A DNA stretch of 46,731 nt from an uncultured Gammaproteobacteria bacterium (GCA_964424615.1 CAYRIU010000020.1:1-46731), one strand, 5' to 3'. Shown: positions 33,814 through 41,333, counted from the first letter of the stretch. A program made the numbers and translations. Notes: generated by a model from the sequence alone, not told the origin.

Positions 33814-35316
33814 ATGGATTTGACTTCTTTTTTTATAAATTGGGATCAATTAACAGAAATAGGATCATTGCCTCCTGATCTTTTGGTCTGGTATATGTTT
33901 GGACACGGGATGTGGTTCATATATCTTTTTGTTATTGTCTTGATGGCTTATGATATTTGGCTAAATGCCAAACAAAATAGTTGGTACGCCAAAAAGAAAT
34001 TTATATTTTTAGCTATTGATATTCCTCGTGATTCAGAGCAGACTCCAAAAGCTGTAGAGGGCTTATTTGCTACTTTGTCTGGTGCACAGGCTACTCCTAG
34101 CAAAAAAGAAAAATACGAAGGTCAATTTCAATTATCTTTTTCGTTTGAAATTATCAGTATTGATGGCTATGTTCAGTTTTTGATCAGAACACCAGATTAT
34201 TGGCGTGACTTAGTAGAAAGCGCAATATACTCCCAATATCCTGATGCTGAGATTACAGAGGTGAATGACTATACTACTGAGATGCCGATTCAATTTCCTA
34301 ATGATGACTACAATATGTGGGGCACAGAAGTTGTGCCAGTGGCTCCTGATTATTTACCATTCAAAACATACACTGAATTTGAAGATAAAGTCAGCGGAGA
34401 GTTCAAGGATCCCATGGCTTCAATCATTGAAACCATGAGTAAAATACGACATGGTGAGCAAGTCTGGCTACAGATATTGATCAGGCCAACCATGGGTAGT
34501 GATTGGGTCAAAAAAGCTAATGCTGTTGCTTTGAAAATGGCTGGCAAAAAAGGCCCTGAGCCAAAGAAACCCTGGTATGAGAATATATTGGCGCCAATTT
34601 TTGGTTTATTTTTTCTATCCAATGGTGAGCCAATGATTTGGTGGACTGATGCTGAGGCTGCAAAATCCAAAAAAGATACCAAAAAAGATGAATTACCAAG
34701 TCAAATGCTACATTTGACCCCTGGTCAGAGAGGCACTTTGGAGGCCATAGAACGTAAAGCATCCAAGATACTTTTTGAATGCAAAATAAGATTGATATAC
34801 TTATCTCCGCATGATCAGTACAATCCTGGTAGAGTCATTGCTCCGGTGTTTGGATCATTGAAGCAATTCAGCACTATGGACCTCAATGCTTTTAAGCCAG
34901 ATGGTAAAACTAAAACAAAAGTGGAGTGGTTTTTTGCCAAAACTAGAATGGCTTGGCGACGCCAAAGCTTGATCAAGGCTTACAAAGCTAGGAGCAATAG
35001 AGCTGGACATGAACATTTTATGTTAAACATAGAGGAGCTAGCTACTTTTTGGCATTTTCCAAGTACAGAAATTAGCACTCCGATGTTACAAAAAACTGAA
35101 AGTAAAAAAAGCGAACCACCATCTTCTTTGCCTATTTTTACAGAAGCCAAAGTATCAGCTAATGTGGAAACTGATTTGCGTAAACAACTAAGAACAGCTA
35201 CAAATAGAGATTTTAATCTTAATAATAAATATTTTGAAAACAAATTTGCCAAAAATCCCAATGATGCAGCTGAAGACAAAAAGGCTGCTGCACCAAAAAA
35301 TTTGCCCATAAAATAA
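33814..35316 (+). CDS. Membrane-anchored protein homologous to the N-terminal domain of the 818-aa ATPase (partner of the ATPase at 35318)
   Basis: LSFSFEIISIDGYVQFLIRTPDYWRDLVESAIYSQYPDAEITEVNDY aligns with FSLDIVSKDGYINFYAAIPQRFKEYFIVQLQAVYPKIYMEEVTDY of ORF 17950. EELATFWHFPS aligns with EEMVSVMHLPL. The ATG at 33814 is preferred because the track's TTG at 33787 lies inside the TATAAT box. Confidence 0.75.
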   Translation: MDLTSFFINWDQLTEIGSLPPDLLVWYMFGHGMWFIYLFVIVLMAYDIWLNAKQNSWYAKKKFIFLAIDIPRDSEQTPKAVEGLFATLSGAQATPSKKEKYEGQFQLSFSFEIISIDGYVQFLIRTPDYWRDLVESAIYSQYPDAEITEVNDYTTEMPIQFPNDDYNMWGTEVVPVAPDYLPFKTYTEFEDKVSGEFKDPMASIIETMSKIRHGEQVWLQILIRPTMGSDWVKKANAVALKMAGKKGPEPKKPWYENILAPIFGLFFLSNGEPMIWWTDAEAAKSKKDTKKDELPSQMLHLTPGQRGTLEAIERKASKILFECKIRLIYLSPHDQYNPGRVIAPVFGSLKQFSTMDLNAFKPDGKTKTKVEWFFAKTRMAWRRQSLIKAYKARSNRAGHEHFMLNIEELATFWHFPSTEISTPMLQKTESKKSEPPSSLPIFTEAKVSANVETDLRKQLRTATNRDFNLNNKYFENKFAKNPNDAAEDKKAAAPKNLPIK

Positions 35317-35317
35317 T

Positions 35318-37036
35318 ATGCCGGATATAAATGAAATAACAACTTTTGCAGAGACTGATTATCGAAATCAAAGTGTTAGATTTGGCATAAAAACTGATGA
35401 TCGTCGTAGACATATGTATGTCATCGGTAAAACTGGTATGGGTAAATCCACTTTGCTTGAGAATATGATTATTCAAGATATTCAGGCTGGGCGAGGTGTG
35501 TGCGTAGTGGATCCACACGGTGAATTGGTAGAAAAGATTATCAATTTTATTCCTTCTAGCAGAGTCAACGATGTAGTATATTTCAATCCAGCTGACTTAG
35601 ATTTTCCTATAGCTTTCAATGTTTTGGAAAAAGTGGGAGTAGAGCAGAGACATTTGGTTGTTTCTGGTTTGATTGGTGTATTCAAAAAAATATGGGCTGA
35701 TTCTTGGGGACCTCGTTTGGAGTATGTGCTACATCATGCTATTTCTGCTTTGTTAGAATATCCTGGTTCTACATTGCTAGGCATCATGCGCATGTTGACT
35801 GACAAAAATTTTCGTAACAGAGTAGTAGATAAAATCACTGATCCGGTGGTCAAATCTTTTTGGATAGATGAATACTCCAAATATCCAGATCGTTTTCAAG
35901 CTGAAGCCATAGCACCTATCCAAAATAAAGTTGGACGCTTTTTGTCATCTTCATTGATCAGAAATATGCTTGGTCAAGTACAGTCTTCTTTTTCTATGCG
36001 TGAAATCATGGATGGCAAAAAGATTTTGCTACTGAACCTGGCCAAAGGCAGAGTAGGTGAAGATAATTCTGCTCTTTTGGGAGCTATGCTTATCACCAAA
36101 ATCCAGCTAGCGGCTATGAGCAGAATCGATATACCAGAAGATGAAAGAAATGATTTTTACCTCTATGTCGATGAGTTTCAAAATTTTGCTACAGAATCTT
36201 TTGCTAATATTTTGTCAGTGGCTAGAAAATATCGTCTGAATTTGATAATCGCTCACCAATATATAGAGCAAATAGAAGAGGATATAGCTGCCGCTGTTTT
36301 TGGTAATGTCGGTACTATCATTTCATTTAGAGTTGGTGCTACTGATGCTGAATTTTTAGAAAAAGAATTTTTTCCAGTCTTTACCCAAGAAAATCTAGTC
36401 AATTTACCAAAATACCAAGTCTACCTAAAATTAATGATTGACGGCGTGGCTTCAGAGGCTTTTTCTGCTAGAACCCTACCACCAGTAGCTATGAGTACTG
36501 ACACACCGTATGATGTTAAAGAAAAAATAGTAAAAGTCAGCAGAGAAAGATATGCTAAATCTAGAGCAGTAGTTGAAGATAAAATAATGCGTTGGAGTGA
36601 AAATCGTGACGATGATGACAAGGCAAGTCCCAAAAGTACTACTGAGCTCAGCTCTAGTGGATCAAAAAGTAAAAATAAAAAAAAGAAGGCGCCAAAAACT
36701 GGCAAAAAATACTCTTGCACCTATTGTGGCAAAGAAACTGAATTAAATTTTGAACCAGATTTGTCAAAAGCTATATACTGTGAAGATTGTCTCAAAAAAT
36801 CTCGTGCCGGCCAAATACCGCCACCATCTAGTATAAAGGTTGTCAAAGATCAGAAAAAAGAACAAAAACCAGAACCAACTCCTCTAAAGACTGACGATGA
36901 TGGTTTTGTGTCCTTATCAGATGCCCTCAAGATGGATAAGGATCAGCTTTATCAAAAATTAAATATAAATAACACAAATAAAAAACCTTCTACTGGCTCC
37001 AAAACAATCCAGCCAGGAGAAATAATAAAATTTTAA
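35318..37036 (+). CDS. TraD/VirD4/TrwB-like P-loop ATPase with a C-terminal CxxC-x17-CxxC zinc ribbon
   Basis: RRRHMYVIGKTGMGKSTLLENMIIQDIQAGRGVCVVDPHGEL (Walker A), FYLYVDEFQNF (Walker B) and ARKYRLNLIIAHQY. It is a paralogue of the C-terminal half of ORF 17950. The tail has a Lys-rich linker then CTYC-17 residues-CEDC (nt 36716-36790). Confidence 0.8.
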   Translation: MPDINEITTFAETDYRNQSVRFGIKTDDRRRHMYVIGKTGMGKSTLLENMIIQDIQAGRGVCVVDPHGELVEKIINFIPSSRVNDVVYFNPADLDFPIAFNVLEKVGVEQRHLVVSGLIGVFKKIWADSWGPRLEYVLHHAISALLEYPGSTLLGIMRMLTDKNFRNRVVDKITDPVVKSFWIDEYSKYPDRFQAEAIAPIQNKVGRFLSSSLIRNMLGQVQSSFSMREIMDGKKILLLNLAKGRVGEDNSALLGAMLITKIQLAAMSRIDIPEDERNDFYLYVDEFQNFATESFANILSVARKYRLNLIIAHQYIEQIEEDIAAAVFGNVGTIISFRVGATDAEFLEKEFFPVFTQENLVNLPKYQVYLKLMIDGVASEAFSARTLPPVAMSTDTPYDVKEKIVKVSRERYAKSRAVVEDKIMRWSENRDDDDKASPKSTTELSSSGSKSKNKKKKAPKTGKKYSCTYCGKETELNFEPDLSKAIYCEDCLKKSRAGQIPPPSSIKVVKDQKKEQKPEPTPLKTDDDGFVSLSDALKMDKDQLYQKLNINNTNKKPSTGSKTIQPGEIIKF

Positions 37037-37037
37037 T

Positions 37038-38531
37038 ATGTCTTATTACTTAAAAATAAAAAAAATTGATATAGAAACAGGGCAGTCAAACATCGCCCTT
37101 TTAAATTCTATCGAAGCATTACACTATGGTATTCATGCTGGAGATAAGATAAAAATAACTTGGCATCACAAAGATATTATTGCTGAAGCCAACACCTCAG
37201 AAAAAAGAGTAGCTCCGGGCTATATTGGTTTATATAGAGATATTTGGGAAAAAAATGAAATACCTACCGGCACTATAGTTGGGGTAGAGGTATTAGAAAG
37301 AGCTAAATCAGTTCAAGCTATCAAGCGACGTTTACTTGGTAAACACTTGAGCTATCAAGACTTTTTCCAAATATTTCAAGATATAGCCAATGGTGTTTTG
37401 ACTAGGACAGAAACTACTTATTTTGTAGCTTCTAGCTTTATGCACGGCTACACCAATGACGAGCTATACTACATGGTCAAGGCTATGGCTGAAACTGGCC
37501 AGGTATTAAAATTTCCAGGATTAGTAGCTGATAAACATTCTGTTGGTGGCTTGGCAGGCAATAGGACCACCATGGTAGCTATACCTATTTTAGCTGCTTT
37601 GGGTCTGACTATTCCCAAAACTTCTTCGCGTGCTATTACTTCGCCAGCAGGAACTGCTGATACTATGGAAGTATTGTCACCAGTATCTTTTACTGCTGAC
37701 GAGATCAAGAAGATAGTCAAAAAAACTGGCGCTTGTCTAGTTTGGGGTGGTGGTTTGAATCTAGCCCCAGCTGATGACAAAATTTTGAGTGTCACTTATC
37801 CATTATCTTTAGAGCCTTATGACAAAATGTTGGTGAGTATCATGGCCAAAAAAGTAGCCATGGGCGTCACGCATCTTATCATTGATATGCCACTGGGTCC
37901 TACCACCAAAATACCAAATTTGCGTACAGCCAAAAAGATAGAGAAAAAATTTAAATATTTAGCTCATCGTTTTGGTATCAAAATCAAAGTGGTGATGATT
38001 AAGACAGAGGATCCTGTGGGCAAAGGCGTAGGGCCATCCCTAGAGGCTAGAGATGTTTTGCGTGTTTTACAGCAAAGGGACAACTATCCTACTGACCTAG
38101 CTAATAAAGCCATACATCTAGCTGGAGAGCTCCTAGAGCTGACTGGTAAAGCGAAATATGGACATGGTGCCAAAATGGCTTGGGCCGCTCTAGAGTCTGG
38201 AGCTGCTTGGCACAAGATGCAGGAAATTATCAAAGCCCAAGGTGGCAATCCCAATATTAATCCAGATGATATTACCATTGGAGCTTGCAAAAAATATATA
38301 GTGGCCGAAAGATCTGGTCACATTAAGTTTACAGACAATAAACAGATCAATATCATAGCTAGAATACTAGGAGCACCATCTGACAAATTGGCTGGAGTTT
38401 ATCTCAATAAAGAGTATGGTGATCCAGTCAAAAAAGGTGAGAGATTGTTTACAATTTATGCGCGTAATAGACAAAGAATCAGTCTAGCCATGAAAGCTAT
38501 AGAAAAAAATTCAATCTTTAAGATAAAATAG
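37038..38531 (+). CDS. AMP phosphorylase (archaeal-type thymidine phosphorylase family with an extra N-terminal domain)
   Basis: HSVGGLAGNRTT, IPKTSSRAITSPAGTADTMEV and GACLVWGGGLNLAPADD, plus an ~85-aa N-terminal extension. The sequence resembles Thermococcus AMP phosphorylase as I remember it. Confidence 0.8.
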   Translation: MSYYLKIKKIDIETGQSNIALLNSIEALHYGIHAGDKIKITWHHKDIIAEANTSEKRVAPGYIGLYRDIWEKNEIPTGTIVGVEVLERAKSVQAIKRRLLGKHLSYQDFFQIFQDIANGVLTRTETTYFVASSFMHGYTNDELYYMVKAMAETGQVLKFPGLVADKHSVGGLAGNRTTMVAIPILAALGLTIPKTSSRAITSPAGTADTMEVLSPVSFTADEIKKIVKKTGACLVWGGGLNLAPADDKILSVTYPLSLEPYDKMLVSIMAKKVAMGVTHLIIDMPLGPTTKIPNLRTAKKIEKKFKYLAHRFGIKIKVVMIKTEDPVGKGVGPSLEARDVLRVLQQRDNYPTDLANKAIHLAGELLELTGKAKYGHGAKMAWAALESGAAWHKMQEIIKAQGGNPNINPDDITIGACKKYIVAERSGHIKFTDNKQINIIARILGAPSDKLAGVYLNKEYGDPVKKGERLFTIYARNRQRISLAMKAIEKNSIFKIK

Positions 38532-38532
38532 T

Positions 38533-38928
38533 ATGCCAAAAATAATTATTGCTTCTGGTCCCGTCATTGTAGAAAATAATAAAGTATTATTCAATCAGCA
38601 CGGGGATGATAATTTTTGGAAATTTTGTGGCGGCAAAGTAGAGGATTATGAAAATAATTTAATAGCAGCAGCTAGACGTGAAGCTAAAGAAGAAATGGGT
38701 ATTGAATTGGAAATTTTGAACCCCGTACCATTTATCACTTGGACACACAAGGATGCTGCTGATGTTTTAGTAGATGTGATATTAGTTCATTATCTAGCGA
38801 AAAAAATAGGCGAAATAAAACCCGGTGTAGATATAAAAGAATGGCAATGGTTCGATTTAGAGCAACTACCAGAAAATCTAGCGCCAAATATATTGCCAGT
38901 TTTAAAACATTTTAATTTTATAAAATAA
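38533..38928 (+). CDS. NUDIX hydrolase
   Basis: The Nudix box is GGKVEDYENNLIAAARREAKEEMGIE (GX5EX7REUXEEXGU). 131 aa. Confidence 0.88.
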   Translation: MPKIIIASGPVIVENNKVLFNQHGDDNFWKFCGGKVEDYENNLIAAARREAKEEMGIELEILNPVPFITWTHKDAADVLVDVILVHYLAKKIGEIKPGVDIKEWQWFDLEQLPENLAPNILPVLKHFNFIK

Positions 38929-38933
38929 AAAGC

Positions 38934-38960
38934 AGGGCCCCGTATGCGCGGGGCCCTTTT
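38934..38960. terminator. Bidirectional GC-rich terminator shared by the NUDIX gene (+) and the GC-rich ORFan (-)
   Basis: A 9-bp stem pairs agggccccg with cggggccct (38934-38942/38949-38957). TTTT follows on the + strand and an A run precedes it. Confidence 0.75.
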
Positions 38961-38976
38961 CGGCGGTGGTTGGTGT

Positions 38977-39255
38977 CTAGCTAACGCTGGTGGAGTCTCG
39001 AAAACTGAGTTCGAGGGTTTGTGCCAAAGTCTCCAGAACTTTCTGGAGCGCACCCTGATCACGGATTTTGGCCTTGATCAGGATATGGTGACCATCTTCC
39101 TGCTTCTCGGATTTTCTCGCTGTGAAGCGACCTTCCTCAAAGCTGTTCAGGGCCCTTTCCACCCTGTCTGCCAGATCTTCTGGCGTAGTTGGCACCACAA
39201 TCTCCACTTGCAGATTACGCCCAACCACCTGAATGGCATTGTTGTCCGTACTCAT
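38977..39255 (-). CDS. GC-rich 92-aa hypothetical protein (predicted alpha/beta, ferredoxin-like pattern), ORFan
   Basis: The minus-strand ORF is MSTDNNAIQVVGRNLQVEIVVPTTPEDLADRVERALNSF... The ATG at 39255 is preceded by tgaGGAGGtgtgaca, a canonical SD with 7-nt spacing (the track's GTG at 39261 overlaps the SD). It is strongly GC-rich and on the opposite strand to its neighbours. Confidence 0.6.
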   Translation of the reverse strand: MSTDNNAIQVVGRNLQVEIVVPTTPEDLADRVERALNSFEEGRFTARKSEKQEDGHHILIKAKIRDQGALQKVLETLAQTLELSFRDSTSVS

Positions 39256-39368
39256 TGTCACACCTCCTCAAAAGGACATTTTCAGGTGGGGTTGCACGAA
39301 GTATTATAGACAACTGGCGGGAACGATAAATTAAATATAAAATACTACTTTTACCAAAAAAGGTCAAA

Positions 39369-39397
39369 TTGACTTTTACTCTAAAACATACTATTTT
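39369..39397 (+). promoter_or_regulatory. mnmA promoter, back to back with a minus-strand TTGACC box
   Basis: TTGACT (39369-39374), 17 nt, TATTTT (39392-39397), with the ATG at 39409. ggtcaa (39362-39367) reads as TTGACC on the minus strand and could serve the GC-rich ORFan. Confidence 0.5.
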
Positions 39398-39408
39398 ATA
39401 ACAAACTT

Positions 39409-40452
39409 ATGCCAAAAAAGGAAAAAATATTAGTAGCTTTGTCAGGCGGCGTAGATAGTGCCGTGGCTTTGTATTTACTCAAAAAACAAGGATATTATGT
39501 GGAAGCTGCTTTTATGAAAAATTTTTCTGAAAAGGTAAACCTCAAAGGGGAATGTCCATGGAAAGAGGATAGAATCATGGCTTATAGAATAGCTACCCAG
39601 CTACATGTGCCCATTCATACTTTCAATTTTGAAAAAGAATACCACGATACAGTGGTGAATTATATTTTTGATAGCTACCAAAAAGGTCAGACTCCAAATC
39701 CAGATGTCCTGTGCAACAATGAAATTAAATTCAAATTATTTTTAAATAAAGCCAAAAAACTCGGTTTTGATAAAATAGCCACTGGTCATTATGCTCGTGT
39801 CAAAAAAGTAGGCAATTTTTATCAGCTCCTCAGAGGTTTGGATAAAAACAAAGATCAATCTTACTTTTTATCTGGCTTAAACCAAAAACAATTATCAAGT
39901 GCCATTTTTCCTATTGGTCATTTAGCAAAACCAAAAGTCAGGGCTATGGCTCAAAAAGCTAAGCTAGCCAATGCTGATCGCCCAGATAGTCAGGGCATTT
40001 GTTTCATAGGTAAAGTCAACCTCAAAACATTTTTGGCACAAAAGATAAAGCCAAAAAAAGGCAAGATTGTAGATACACATGGTCAAATCATAGGTCAGCA
40101 TGATGGAGTTTGGTATTATACTATTGGCCAAAGAAAAGGTTTGAATCTATCAAACGGTCCTTGGTTTGTGCAAAAAAAAGATACAAAAAAGAATATTTTG
40201 TTTGTAGCCAAAGAAGGTGAGTCTGAGCTATATAGTCAGCAAATCCACATCACCGATATTCATTGGCTAGGCAAAAAATATAAACTACCCCTAAAAGCTA
40301 AAGCTAAAATACGTTATCGCCAAGAAGATCAGGAAATAATTTTGCAAGAAAAAAATATTGATTTTGTAAAATCTCAAAAGGGAATAGCTAGCGGTCAAAT
40401 TATCGCTATCTATATAAATAGTGAGCTGGTAGCTAGTGCGACTATTGCTTGA
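39409..40452 (+). CDS. mnmA: tRNA-specific 2-thiouridylase MnmA
   Basis: The PP-loop is VALSGGVDSAVALYLLKKQGY. It also has NPDVLCNNEIKF, ATGHYAR, KDQSYFL and DSQGICFIG. Confidence 0.93.
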   Translation: MPKKEKILVALSGGVDSAVALYLLKKQGYYVEAAFMKNFSEKVNLKGECPWKEDRIMAYRIATQLHVPIHTFNFEKEYHDTVVNYIFDSYQKGQTPNPDVLCNNEIKFKLFLNKAKKLGFDKIATGHYARVKKVGNFYQLLRGLDKNKDQSYFLSGLNQKQLSSAIFPIGHLAKPKVRAMAQKAKLANADRPDSQGICFIGKVNLKTFLAQKIKPKKGKIVDTHGQIIGQHDGVWYYTIGQRKGLNLSNGPWFVQKKDTKKNILFVAKEGESELYSQQIHITDIHWLGKKYKLPLKAKAKIRYRQEDQEIILQEKNIDFVKSQKGIASGQIIAIYINSELVASATIA

Positions 40453-40473
40453 GGGTATATGCAAAAGAAACTA

Positions 40474-40502
40474 TTGACAAATATATAAACAAAGTGTAAA
40501 TT
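40474..40502 (+). promoter_or_regulatory. Promoter of structured RNA 1
   Basis: TTGACA (40474-40479), a 17-nt spacer, then TAAATT (40497-40502). Confidence 0.6.
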
Positions 40503-40509
40503 AACAATC

Positions 40510-40735
40510 TGCGCACTTTTCGTTACCATGTTGAGAGCTCCAGGAGGCTCGAGGGATTCCATTTCGATGGTCCAGAGGTCCGACATTAAGTTGTCGGTCG
40601 ACACCCATCGCTGTGGGCCAAGAAAGACTGGTGTAAGCCTGTCGTCAATTTCTTCGGCTTACGATTTGGACCCAACTTGCCTCCTGGAGCTTGATATCAG
40701 ACCCCTGATCGATGAGATTGGGGGTCTTTTCTTTT
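40510..40735 (+). ncRNA. Unclassified GC-rich structured RNA 1 (~225 nt including terminator)
   Basis: It has its own promoter. A 14-bp closing helix pairs 40535-40548 with 40679-40692. It encloses four local hairpins (40559-40570 with a UUCG loop, 40580-40597, 40604-40617, 40633-40662). The terminator agacccc...ggggtct (40699-40727) is followed by a T-rich run. No credible ORF or SD. Confidence 0.65.
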
Positions 40736-40760
40736 ACTTTAATGAGTCTTTGTATACCAC

Positions 40761-40788
40761 TTGACAAATTTATATAATAGTGTATAAT
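40761..40788 (+). promoter_or_regulatory. Promoter of structured RNA 2
   Basis: TTGACA (40761-40766), a 16-nt spacer, then TATAAT (40783-40788). Confidence 0.6.
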
Positions 40789-40795
40789 AATATGA

Positions 40796-41080
40796 TTCGT
40801 TCTTCGGACCGCTGTCAATCACCCGTATAAGAGAAGGCACGGAGGCCTCCACTAAACCTCATTGTCGCCTCGATAGGTATTGGACGGCGGTCCACAAATC
40901 ATTGGGGTCCTGGGCGGTGTTCAACTAGCTGAACACAACAAAAACGCACAATGGCGCGATGGAAGCGGGCATTTTTCCCCGCATTCTGCTCTGACTAGAG
41001 CGCGACCAAGGTGGCGTTCCACAACACCGCCCAGACCCCTTGTTTCCTGCCTCGCGATGCAAATCGTGAGGCTCTTTTTT
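40796..41080 (+). ncRNA. Unclassified GC-rich structured RNA 2 (~285 nt including terminator)
   Basis: Domain 1 is closed by an 11-bp helix pairing 40806-40816 with 40883-40893. Domain 2 is closed by a 17-bp helix with one bulge, pairing 40904-40921 with 41023-41039, and holds inner helices and hairpins (40965-40982, 41011-41022). A strong terminator follows: a 10-bp stem with a GCAA loop (41049-41072) plus T7. Confidence 0.65.
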
Positions 41081-41333
41081 TAGTGTAACTTTTTTATGTT
41101 TAGAACGTATTTTATTATATAGACATGCTTATGGCTAATATCAGAAGAATAAAAATATTATATAGACTCATATACAGCTATAAAAGCTCCAATTTTGAGC
41201 GTTTTTATAAAAAAAGCTTTTTTGCTAAATATTCCAAACTATATTTATAATATTGACATAATATAATAAATATTATCTAATATATTTTAAATTAAAAAAC
41301 TACTTTTATTAAGTAGTTTTTTATAAATTAACG

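Noticed and set aside
38944-39309. 121-aa + strand ORF across the second GC-rich cassette
   Set aside because: Same reasoning. It starts inside the terminator hairpin of the NUDIX gene and has no SD, and its sequence is low-complexity and Cys/Trp-rich. The minus-strand ORF has a perfect GGAGG-7 nt-ATG.
40528-41083. ORFs of 78 aa (40528-40764) and 67 aa (40880-41083) inside the two structured RNAs
   Set aside because: They have no SD or leaderless geometry. They run through the terminator hairpins and the next promoter, and the peptide sequences are Arg/Pro/Ser-rich, typical of translated GC-rich RNA genes.
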